This document shows, piece by piece, positions 10,931-21,939 of a DNA stretch of 64,000 bases. How positions within the stretch are numbered: the stretch's first letter is position 1; every line of letters begins with the position of its first letter. Position numbers and translations under genes: made by a program. The DNA comes from Anthoceros angustus. Taxonomy: Eukaryota; Plantae; Anthocerotophyta. Where the stretch lies: NCBI GenBank assembly GCA_010909165.1, contig VJWM01000044.1, positions 1,364,001-1,428,000 of the forward strand, in the 5' to 3' direction. The notes below the pieces were generated by a model that searched no databases, had not been told where the DNA came from, and saw only the letters and a list, made by a program, of their open reading frames with translations.

Positions 10931-12010
10931 GTGACATGTTATGTACATGAATGATTGAAAACCCTCCTTGGCCTTTGGTAGAAGTTCTTACAGTTGTTCC
11001 ATGCGACAAAGTTCCTTGGCCTATGGCGAAGGAACTTTGGAGTACATGGAACAACTTGCCTCCTTTTTTTTCCGTTTCTTTCATGTGACATGTTATGTAC
11101 ATGAATGATTGAAAACCCTCCTTGGCCTTTGGTACAAGTGAGACGGCATGCCTTGGTCTTTGAAAGGAAGTTAAATAATAAAAGTCTATCTTTGGAAGAG
11201 GGTGAACTTTTTACATGATGGTGCAAAAGTTGGCTTCCGCTTTTTCCCAAGGAACAACACATGGCAAGTTGTTCCATGCAACGGACAAAGTTCCTTGGCC
11301 TATGGCGAAGGAACTTTGGCCGATGCATGGAACAACTGCCTCCTTTTTCCCCCGAAGTTTCTTTCGCATGTGACATGTTATGTACATGAATGATTGAAAA
11401 CCCTCCTTGGCCTTTGGTACAAGTGAGGCGGCATGCCTTGGTCTTTGAAAGGAAGTTAAATAATAAAAGTCTATAAATCTGGAAGAGGGTGAACTTTTAC
11501 ATGATGGTGCAAAAGTTGGCTTCCGCTTTTTCCCAAGGAACAACTGGGCAAGTTGTTCCATGCAAGTTCCTTGGCCTATGGCGAAGGAACTTTGGCGATG
11601 CATGGAACAACTGCCTTTTTCCCAAGTTTCTTTCGCATGTGACATGTTATGTACATGAATGATTGAAAACCCTCCTTGGCCTTTGGAACAAGTGAGACGG
11701 CATGCCTTGGTCTTTGAAAGGAAGTTAAATAACAAAAGTCTATATATGCTGGAGGAGGGTGAACTTTTTACATGATGGTGCAAAAGTTGGCTTCAGCTTT
11801 TTCCCAAGGAACAACTTGCGACATGGCAGTTGTTCCATGTACCGGACAAAGTTCCTTGGCCTATGGCGAAGGAACTTTGGCCAGATGCATGGAACAACTT
11901 GCCTCCTTTTTCCCCGATGTTTCTTTCCCATATATGACATGTTATTTACATGAATGATTGAAAACCTCCTGGCCTTTGGTAGAAGTGACCGCATGCCTTG
12001 GTCTTTGAAA
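10931..12010. repeat. Tandem array of ~270-295 bp units, each containing a ~62-72 bp hairpin
   Basis: gtgacatgttatgtacatgaatgattg recurs at ~10931, 11086, 11370, 11640 and 11935. The inverted repeat gttgttccatg...aaagttcctt-ggcctatggcg-aaggaacttt...catggaacaac occurs at 10992-11056, 11267-11337, 11551-11612 and 11828-11899. Confidence 0.9.
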
Positions 12011-12319
12011 GTGAGGGGGATCGGGTGGTGTATAAATCACGTGGAATAGCCGGAATGTATGGGGAGACAGTAACCCTGCGCCCCAAGTAGTTGGCTACAT
12101 ACATGGCGATTTGTTGTGAGGGGTGTGCAGTTCGAGAGAGAAGCGGCATGGAACGGCAGCGGCACACCCGTCCCGTCCGGTGGGTTCCCCTACGAAGCGG
12201 CAGGTGAACGTTGGGATGCCAGTCCCGATCATGGTGAGATTGGAAGAACAAACTTGCACATACCAAGGGCAAGAGAAGGAGGAAGCGGCCGACGAAGAAT
12301 GGCGGAAGGGGCGGAGACA

Positions 12320-12800
12320 TCAGATGCGGCCGACGAGTGGTGCATAGAACGGGTAGTGGCCGCGCTGCGCGGCCACCCCGGTGTTGTTCGGGCCAATGGT
12401 GTGCAGGTGATTATGCGTGCGGTGGACACCTCCCGCTTTTCAGACACGGTGTAGGGTGTGCGGAACGCGGTGGACGAACAGCAAGTGTGATGGATGGAGA
12501 GGAAGGAGCTGCGTAGTGGTGCGCGTGCTCGGCCGATGGCGCCGGAACGGTGCAATCGCTTTCCGGCGCGCACATCCTTGGAATGGAAGCGGAGGTTTGC
12601 CTCGCAGTGGCTAGTGGAACGCCGAGGAGGTGGTGCGGAATGTCAAGGAGGACTTTCGTGCGCTTTTAACGATAACAAAGACACGGTAGAGAGCGAAAGG
12701 GGCGGTTGTCGCCCAGTGTGCCTGTGGCCGCCGAGGAGGTGAAGATCCGGTGGGACAAAGGGCAAGGAAGCGGCAGACGAGCCCAAGCGGATGGCTGTGG
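12320..12800 (+). pseudogene. Possible decayed HECT C-lobe remnant
   Basis: Stitched frames read EWCIERVVAALRGHPGVV...VDTSRFSDTV*G..DEQQV*WM..MAPERCNRF / WNGSGGLPRSG / LLTITK..GRLSPS. This is a weak but ordered resemblance to the HECT C-lobe, with stops and frameshifts. Confidence 0.3.
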
Positions 12801-13254
12801 AACGGAAGGCGGAGGAGGAGGAGGCTTGGAGTGGCATGGATGACGGGAGGACGTTGGAGGCGGTGTCGGAGGTGCAGCCGAGGAAGGGTCTAGGAAAACC
12901 TACACGCTTGTCTGTTATATTTTTGCTTGCTATGCGATCACGCTTATGAGCTTGCCATGGTGTGAGTGGCAATGGTAGTAATCGGTGGACCGCGGCTTAT
13001 GTGGACGAGACTAAACCCCAAATAATGGAAACCCCAAATCATGATTGTGAATAGTGATGTGTTTTGGGCGATCAGTATACGCCCACCGCGAGTGTCATGT
13101 GAAGAGGACAGAGTTGGCGGTTACACACCGAACATAAGGAGGGCCAAAAGGGTTGACAAAGCGAGAGACAAAATTTTATGGTTGCCATCCGGCCGCAATC
13201 GAATCGGGTGGTGGACAATTGAGTTCATGATCGGCGGTGGCGGCAGCGGCGGGC

Positions 13255-15350
13255 GGGAGGGCACCGCCTCCCCATGGCGATAGGCGGGCGCCTCCCCATG
13301 GCGATGGAGGCGGCAAATTGGGACTGCGAAATGGGCGGCCCGAATCGGGCCATGGCAGCCAGAGACAACGGCAGACCTCATTGCGAAATAGGAACCCCAG
13401 GTTGCGAGGACACGCGGAGTCGCCAACGTCGACACCGAGGCAGCCAGCCAGGAAGTGCATCGCAATTGGAAAGTAGGGAGCGTAGAAGGGCGCGGAAGGG
13501 GGGGAGTGAAGAAAAAAGGGCACCTCGGGCGTGGAAGGGCGAAACGCGATGGAGGAGGAGCGGATCGCGGTGGTGGCGGCAAGCGGGGAGGGCGGAGGCG
13601 ACGCGGACGCGGGAGCCATGGTGGAGGCCACGCTCCCTATTCCGCTGCCGCTGACGATGGCGGTGGCAGGCATTGGGGGCGAGCCATGGCGGGCGCCTCC
13701 CCATGGCGGGAGGCGGGCGGGGCGGCGGCCCAGGCGGGGGAGGCGAGGGGCAGGGCGCCCTCCCCATGGCGATGGGCGGCGGCGATGGGCGGGGCGGCGG
13801 CAGGCGGCAGGCGGGGAGAGGCACTGCCTCCCCATGGAGAAGGAGGCGGGGCGAGGCGGCGCCTCCCCGATGGAGGCGGCAGGCGGGGCCCCATGCAGGG
13901 GGGAGGGCACCGTGCCCTCCCCATGGCGATGGAGGCGGAGGCGGGGAGGCCGAGGCGCCCGCCCTCCAAGGAAAGGGGCCGTGGCCTCCGGCGATGGAGG
14001 CGGCAGGGGCGGGCGCGGGGAGGCGCCTCCGCCTCCCCATGGAGAAGGAGGCGGGGCGAGGCGCCGCCGATGGAGGCGGGTTGCCTCCCCATGGCGGCGG
14101 CAGGGGAGGGCACTGTGCCTCCCCATGGCGATGGAGGCGGGCGGGAGGCGAGGCGCCGCCGAGGCCGAGCTCGGGCATGGCGGTGGAGGCGGGGGCCTGT
14201 GCAGTGGGCAGGCGGGGAGGGCACCGCCTCCCCATGGCGATGGAGGCGGGCGGGAGGCAGGCGCCCGCCCTCGAAGGAAAGGGGCAGCTGGCCTCTCGGG
14301 CGAGGCGGAGGCAGCGGGGCGGCGATGGAGGCGGGGGAGGCACTCGCCTCCCCATGGCGATGGAGGCGGGGGAGGCGAGGCGCCCGCCTCGAAGGAAAGG
14401 GGCCGTGGCCTCCCGGCGCGGAGGCGGGGACCCAGGGCGAGCAGCGGGGAGGGCGCCTCCCCATGGTGATGGAGGAGGCGGTGGGCTCGGCGGAGGAGCC
14501 ATGGCGGCGGAGGAGCGGGAGGGGCGGTTGCCCTCCCACAGCGATGGCGGGGCGAGGCGCCTCCCAGCGATGGAGGAGGAGGAGGAGGCGGAGCATGGCG
14601 CCGAGGAGGAAGGCAACCCCGCCTTTGGGGACGGGGTCGTTGAGGACGGCGAGGCGATTACCGCCGCCCGAGGCCGAGGGGAGGAGGGATGGCGGCAGGC
14701 CTCACGCCGCCGCGCCCGAGCCGGAGGCCGAGCTCGGGCATGGCGGTGGCGGCGGCGCCTCCGCCGCCGCCATGCCCGAGCCGGAGGTGGAGCATGGTGG
14801 CGGCGAGCGATGATCGCCGCCGCCGAGGCCGACGGAGGGCCTAGCGATGGCGAGGCGGGGATGCGGAAGGCGGATGGGGGCGACGCCGCCGCCATGCCCG
14901 AGCGGAGGCGAGCCATGGCGGCGGGGCGGCGATCGCAGGAGTGGAGTGGGCGCCATCCGGTTGAGGAAGGCTTATGGGAGGAATAACCAGTTCCATCGGT
15001 GGCGGCATCTCGGCGTGGGCGAGCGCCATGGCGATAGGCGGGGCGAGGCTCGGGAGGCGGGGAGGAGGAGCGGAGGCGGCGCGAGCTCACTGGTGGAGGG
15101 AGCATCCGGCACACTGTAGGAGGAGGAGGAGGAGGAGGAGGGGGGAGCAACGCACTGACGGCGGGGGAGCGGAGGCCATGTCGGAAGAAGAAGGAGAGCG
15201 AGTGCGCCCAACCCCAACTCATGGAGGCGAGCACAAGGGGAGGCGCGACTACAGTCGGACACGTGTCCGCGGGAAGCGCGGGCGGCGGGTGCCTCCGACG
15301 CCCAATGCCCGGACGCCCCTGGAGGAGGCGGGCGCCTCCCCATGGAGAAG
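13255..15350. repeat. GC-rich satellite/minisatellite built on a (G)CCTCCCCATGG(CGATGGAGGCGG) motif, with a ~120 bp higher-order unit
   Basis: More than a dozen ctccccatgg copies lie between ~13268 and ~15340. Units of ~120 bp containing aaggaaaggggc recur at ~13905, ~14215 and ~14335. Confidence 0.85.
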
Positions 15351-16430
15351 GAGAGCGATGAACATGGAATGCTCGGCCGTCAGGCCATGGAGGCACAATT
15401 AAGGTTCTCCGCAGATGAAGCGCATGGAGGACGAGGGAAGTAGGCGGCCGTCATCCCTTGTGCTCGAGTTGCATCACCAGTAGGTTTTGCATAGGGGCGA
15501 AGCATGCGCCTTAGGAAGGCAGAGGAGATAGGGTTGGATGCTAGCCGCAATTTTGCGATGTGTGCGGTGGACATCCTTTTTGATCAATGCACCCCTTCAT
15601 AAAATTTCGGCTCTTGCGCCTATCCGTTCTTGGCGAGGTTGTTGGGTGGCGGTGGTGGTGGGTTCTTGCCGCCATGGCGGCGTGTTTGTGCCGACCATTG
15701 TGGTGAATATGTATGCCAAGGGTGGCGATTGGAGGACGGCCAGGAGTGTTTCATAGACTTGGTCGAGGATGTGGTTACCTAGACTTGCATAATAGGAGGG
15801 AATTCACCACGTGTGCGTGATGCCCTTCATGTATACCGTGATATGGAAGAATAAGGCATGGGTCTACCCAATTGGCCACCCATCCCTCTTCCACCGTGGA
15901 GGTGGATCCGCTAGCAGGCCGCAACGCATACCCTAAACCCTACAAACAAGAATCCATTGTCCCTAGATAAGAAGACACGGACACGCGCGGCGTGTGCGGG
16001 GTTCGCAATGGGCGTGCCCTCGCCGTCATTGCCTTGCAAGCCCATGGCCGGGCCGTTTAAGGGCAACCACATTGCGTGGCTCGCGGGCGGGTTAGGATTT
16101 GCTTATGGATAGCATCAAAGAAAACTTAATCGCAGGAGGAAGTGTGGAAAACTTGAAAACATAGTTTCGGTCCGGCTCTTTGTTTTCAAAGTTGGAAGGA
16201 CAAAACATTTAAACCAAACTTAGGGTTTGGACTGAAAGTGTGTGTCCCCTTTGGTGCTTGGCAGCTCTTGGTTAGGCGCCAAAGCGGCCATGTGGGCATG
16301 TGCTCAAAGAAACCGTCTGGAATGTAGGGTATATTCCTCAAGATCCCCACGCCTTGCATGGGTTTCGCGAAAAAAAAAATGTCCCATCCCCTCTGTCCCC
16401 TTTGGTATGCCATACTTATGTCAAAGGTTA

Positions 16431-16722
16431 TGAAAAGTTAGATTATCAAAGTCTATTAAAAATAAATTTTAATCTATCAGAAAAAATATAATGTGAGAAT
16501 AAACATTGAAGCTAGAGGATGGATAATGAGGTTATTATTGAAAAAGTTTGTGAATGCGTTCATGGAGGAAAAAAAATGAAAAGTTAGATTATCAAAGTCT
16601 ATTAAAAATAAATTTTAATCTATCAGAAAAAATATAATGTGAGAATAAACATTGAAGCTAGAGGATGGATAATGAGGTTATTATTGAAAAAGTTTGTGAA
16701 TGCGTTCATGGAGGAAAAAAAA
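16431..16722. repeat. Near-perfect tandem duplication, 146 bp unit
   Basis: tgaaaagttagattatc...catggaggaaaaaaaa starts at 16431 and 16577. Confidence 0.95.
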
Positions 16723-19700
16723 GAGCTGAAAGTTGGGTTAACCAATTTTGGACCGACAATTTCAAAACTACTAATTTTCCGTGATCGGTGCAAAAACAAA
16801 TTTGTTTGTTTTCGATGCAAATAAAATAGCTGTTAGGTACATCTTGGCCGTATAAGTAATTCTGAAGTGGTTACTAGGGTTCCTGCCATGCAACAATTAT
16901 GAGTTGTAAAGGTGCCGGGAATTATGGAAGTTCAGGAATAAATCTTAAGCTACCGGAGACATTGAGAAGCTGGTTTAAGGTTTAATTTATGTGCGTCTCA
17001 TTTGTTACAATACCAGCTTCCTACTTGAAGGAAATTTTAAAATGATGGCTTGGCATGAAGTTTGAAATTGCCAAAAAATGCACACAAAAATCAGATAACT
17101 GCAGAGCCAATATGTTATAGACTGACCTTCTAAGTTTGGAAGTATGACTTGCATCTATAGTAGCAATTGATGAGGATGCAACAGATTAACTTATATTTAT
17201 GCAAGATCCATAATATTTTTATTCTTGTTGAATTTCTTCAACTTTGATCTAAATTTCATGGTTGAATGTACATTTGATTGCTTGCAATGTCATCACGCAT
17301 TATTTTGTTGCCTGCAATGTCGTGATGACATGTAGCTTCTAATTTGCAAACAACAATGTTTTGATGTCCTAATGTGATTACTTAAATTATTTACGACATC
17401 CAATGCTCCTTAAAGCATGGAAGCAGTAGGAATAGAAACAAAAGAGATTTATGCAAGATTACTTAGATAAGACATTAGCTTGGTGATTTACGTAGATAGC
17501 AGCTTAGAGCGTGGAAGGCTTACAGGTAAACAAATCCTAAAAAGTAAGGCTATGCACCCAACATGGGAGCAGGCTTCACGATTGGTGTGGCCTAATCAAT
17601 CAGTCATTCCAACAATTTTTGTTTCTCAGCAGAATGTTTCTCTTCATCACTCGTGGGGGGATATTTCTCTCTTTGTTTATAATTATGTGGTTGTGCAACC
17701 ACCTTGGTCTCAGTTGCATAGGATATCCGCGATCCACGTGGAGCCTATGATACTTGTCAAGAGTACCGCAATAGTCACAATCAATAGTTTGAGCGATGCG
17801 ACACAAGCACACAACAGTGCGCGATAGCGCTAAAAATCCACGAGCGGCGGTTAGAACAACAATTGGTGAAGTTGCATAAGAGCTAATAGTGGAACCCCGG
17901 TATGTTTGTAAGCTTCTTTTGGAGTCATGGGAATAGTTATGAGTGGAGCAGACCTGATCTCCAGATGAGGCAGCGATTTGTCATCGTGTTTTTGGGAGGC
18001 ATGCATTTCAATGTTTTTTTGCCTATTAGTTCCATTGCTACCTTATTAGAGGATCCGGTTCGTCACATGTTTATACTAAGTTTGATCATTAGCTAATTTC
18101 TTCCACATTACCTTTCTAGGATTCCCGATCGTAATGGATCTCTAACATATTTTAAACCTCATTGCTGAGAGGAGGAAAATCCTAACAACAGAGAAGTAGA
18201 TCGCACATTGGACATAGTCTAAGACGGACTTTGACTTGGAAAGTACGAAATGCAAATGCACCAAGGCAGAACGTTGCATCATTCATCTTCCGCTTGGCTT
18301 TCATGTAGCGAGATGGAGAAGAGATCCGGGCGTTTTCTCACATTTCTAGTTCGTTCCCTCTCTTGCTAATTTTCAGCCCTCTATGTTGGTGGAGGACCTG
18401 AGATTGAAGTTGGGATTAGAATGTGGCACACAGAGTCTCGGCTTCTTCTAGTCCAGAGGCAAAGGCATCATATTACATTGGACACTATACGCATGAAACA
18501 TATGTTCATTCTCAAGCACTCAGTGGAACTACGGTGTAAGGATGTTACATTAGATTCACGGAGTGCGCAACGCTGACAAATGTATAAACTAGGCGTCTGA
18601 GTCTCATTTGAGAACTGACTTGGTTCTTTCATGCGCAATCACTGTGTCTCCTCCTTTGCTCCGTGGTGGCTTTATTACGACAGCGGATTTTCATCGCCCT
18701 GTAGAGGATATTGATCAATGTTACTTACAGGATGGCAACAACCATAGGCAATGCGGTATCAGCGGTACCAGTCGTAGGTAGACCTTTTCTTATTTCTGAC
18801 AACGACATACAAGGTTGGTAGTTTCGGGATCGACATTCGGGGCTAGCCCTCCAGTCCTTAGCCCTTTAATGGTTGTTGCCCATCGGCTCCGGGTAGACGA
18901 TTTTCCTATCTCTTCTTTTTTATAATATCTCCACTTTCTCGGGTAGATAGATTTTCAATCTCTTCCACTTTCTCCTCTCGAGGCATTCACAAAATGTATA
19001 CACGTGGGAAACATGCCACCCAGTCAAAGTCAGATGAGTAAGAAACGGGAATGATGTGAACTCCTGCGGTGTCAGTGAGCAGGTTCGAACACGGAAACGT
19101 AGCCCCTACGTAGTTCATAAAAAAAACCGGCTCCGTTCACCATTTTCGGATGCAACTCTCCTTTGAAATCCGTAGTGTACTCAACTGACCCCCGGGTCCC
19201 GTTACGTTCTGTGCCTGCTGCCACGTCTGGATTTACCTACTGCAACATTCCATTTCCTTCCCGAGCTTCAGCACGCAGCTGGGATCCCCACGTCCACGGT
19301 ACACCACTTCTAGACAAGCCAAGGGTGTGCCAAACCGAAGAATGAGGCAGTGGAGGCATGGATGTAACCGATGTTGTTCCCACTCCAGATGTTCAGCAGC
19401 AGGGGGCCCATGACATCCCCGCTCCATGCACACATGCACACTTCAACACATGCGTAAACAGAGCTGGTCGCTTGTCCTTGCGAAAGATGCCGCAGCCCAT
19501 CCTGGTAGCCCCAAAGTAGTCCCCGCTTCCTTCTTCCTTCACCAAAGCGCACAAACGCGCAGTGCGAGCGCAGGAAGGAATGTCCTGCCGTTGCTGCACG
19601 CCATGTCTCCCCTTCTCCGCACCTGGTCACGGCGCCCCACTCCCTTCACAGCCTCCAAGCAGTGCTCTTCGGGCAGCAGCGTTCCCGCGCATGAAGCAGG

Positions 19701-20461
19701 ACTTGTCCTGTGCTCCTACACTGTCCATCAATTACAGTAACCTGCACGCCCTTGCTCGACCTAAACAGCGTGCAAGAGCTTCCTTTCCGAACGCTCCTTC
19801 CTGTTCCTGCAAGAGGTGTTAGGGTTTAGGGCGGGCACGTGACGGTGAAGAAGACGAGGTGCAATACTGTTGAGGTATCAACAATATGAAACTCAAAAGG
19901 TCTGTCCTGGTCCCGGTCCCGAGACGTGCAGCCAGCCAGCGTCATGCGCAGTCCGAGTCGTGACGCGTGGATGTTGCTGTTGTTGCTTTCTTTCCTTTCT
20001 TCCCTCCCTCGAGTGGCGGCAGGAAGTGCGCGGGGAGAAGCGCGGCGCGGAACATGGAGGCGTTGAGAGAGCAAGGCGGACGGATGCATTTTTGGGAGCA
20101 AGTTAGGCGAGTGGGTGCAGGGGAAACGACAGGGCAGCAAGAATCTGGTGACAAACGGATGGCCTCATTTAGCTTAAGTCAAAGGAATCTTGTCGGTGGA
20201 GTTGGTCATTCCATGGCGTCCTGGCTCCTTCTCCCCGTCCCGTGCCCGCGCAAGGCTGCGGTGTTGCGGCCTGGCGGGAGGCGTTGCCGGGCTGCAGGGC
20301 CTCGGCCTCGGCCTCGGCCTCGGCCACGCCCCCTCCTCCTCCTCCCTGGGCCCAGCGTCGGACCTGGGCCCCTCCCGTCCCCGCGCCAGGAAGGAATTGC
20401 GCCCCCGCCTCCCCGCACTCCCGCACTCCAATCGCACCCCGATCGCTTCCCGGCCGCAGCC

Positions 20462-21939
20462 ATGGAGGAGCCGGCGGCGCTCACGGACCACCACGGCTTC
20501 TACTCCGACCTCTTCGCGCCCTCGGACGGGGGTCCTTCCTGGAGGCCTTCCCGGGCATGCATCTGGAGGAGGACCTCTGGGCGGACGTGCTGGACGGGGG
20601 GCAGCCCGGGCTGCGCTCCGTGACCGAGATGGAGGCCCCGGAGCCGCCCGAGCCCGAGGCCGCCGCCAGGGAGGCTTCCGGGTCCCCGCCCTCGGCCGGG
20701 TCGGGGTCCGGGAAGCGGCGGGATGGCCGGCAGGGGCAGGGGCAGGCGCAGGGGAAGGGGAAGGAGCGGGAGAAGGAAAGGGACAGGGAGCGGGAGAAGG
20801 AGAGCCGGTGGGCCGAGCAGCTGCTGAACCAGTGCGCGGCGGCCATAGCCGGGAACAATGCGGTGCGGACGCAGCACCTAATGTGGGTGCTGAATGATCT
20901 GGCCAGCTTTACCGGAGATGCGAACCAGCGCCTGGCGGCGTACGGGCTGAAGGCGCTCTTCTGCCGGGTGACGGGGGCGGGGGAGGCAACGTCCGCGAGC
21001 TACTACAACGGGCTGGAGGGGTTCAATTCGCTCACCCCGAAGGCGGTGCATCGGGCGTTGTTGAAGTTCCAGGATGTGAGCCCCTGGCACCAGCTGGGTC
21101 ACGCGGTGGGGAACGGGGCGCTGCTGGAGGCCATGGAGGGGCAGCACCGGGTGCACGTGGTGGACATCGGGGTGAGCTTGGGGACGCAGTGGCCGACGCT
21201 CATGGAGGCGCTGGCGACCCGGGCGGCGGGCCCGCCGACGTTGTTGCGCATCACCTTGGTGATGGACCAGGGCGTGCCGTCCGCGTCGTCCGAGTTCCTG
21301 CTCTGCCTCGAGAGGTTCGCCAAGTTCATGGGCCTGCAGGTGGAGATCAACACGGTGATCGGGCCGCTGCTGGCGCTGAGCCAGGCCGCGCTGGGGTTGC
21401 GGGAGCAGGAGGCGCTGGCCGTGTGCGCGCAGTTCCGGCTGCACGCGCTGAGCGAGGAGGCCGTGTGCGGGCCCTCGGCTAGGGACTCGTTCCTCGGGGT
21501 TTTGCGCTCGCTGCGGCCTCTGGTGATGGTGCTCAGCGAGAACGACTGCCCGCACCTCGCGCCCGAGTTTGCTGCCAGGTTTCCGCATGTGGCGTCGTTT
21601 TTCTGGCGGTTCTTCGACTCCAACGCTGCGTCGTATAAGGGCAAGGCCAGTGAGGAGCGGCAGATCGTGGAGTACGAGGCCGGGATGATGATGCTCAACG
21701 CCGTCGCCTGCGACGGGCTCACCAGGATCGAGCGCAACGAGCCCCACGCCGGCTGGGTGGCCAGGATGCACCGGGCTGCCTTCGCGCCCGCCGCTCTCAG
21801 CGAGGACGTCCTGGATAATGCAAGGGCTGTTCTCAGGAAATACGACTCGCAGTGGGACCTGCTCCTCGACATGGACTGCGCCGTGCTCTTGTGGAAGAAC
21901 CAGCCCGTCACCTTCTGCTCCGTCTGGACCTGCTCTTGA
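20462..21939 (+). CDS. NSP1: GRAS transcription factor, NSP1-like (SHR/NSP1 clade), intronless
   Basis: WAEQLLNQCAAAI, GDANQRLAAYGLKAL, HVVDIGVSLGTQWPTLMEAL (VHIID), FFDS and C-terminal SVW (SAW). The in-frame ATG is at 20557. The likely true ATG at 20462 needs one extra G in the run at ~20528-20532. The symbol rests on motif recognition only. Confidence 0.85.

Noticed and set aside
10931-12010. CRISPR-like array of palindromic repeats
   Set aside because: The intervening sequences are conserved, not unique spacers; the units are far too long; the context is eukaryotic with no cas genes.
13378-15396. 672, 452 and 437 aa ORFs
   Set aside because: They are open in several frames on both strands across a GC satellite and have no domain motifs.
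15890-15915. Helitron 3' end (small hairpin followed by CTAG)
   Set aside because: The stem is only 6 bp, the spacing to CTAG is only 4 nt, and no T follows.
17000-19300. Short ORFs and degenerate coding-like stretches
   Set aside because: No recognisable motifs or consistent exon structure.
19390-19820. PPR/E-domain-like fragment (CLGRAR...RRALLGGC) on the minus strand
   Set aside because: It is a single weak match with stops and no repeated 35 aa units.
15930-19835. Telomere-like TAAACCCTA / TTAGGGTTT words (~15934, ~16221, ~19820)
   Set aside because: These are isolated one- to two-unit telo-box-like words, not arrays.
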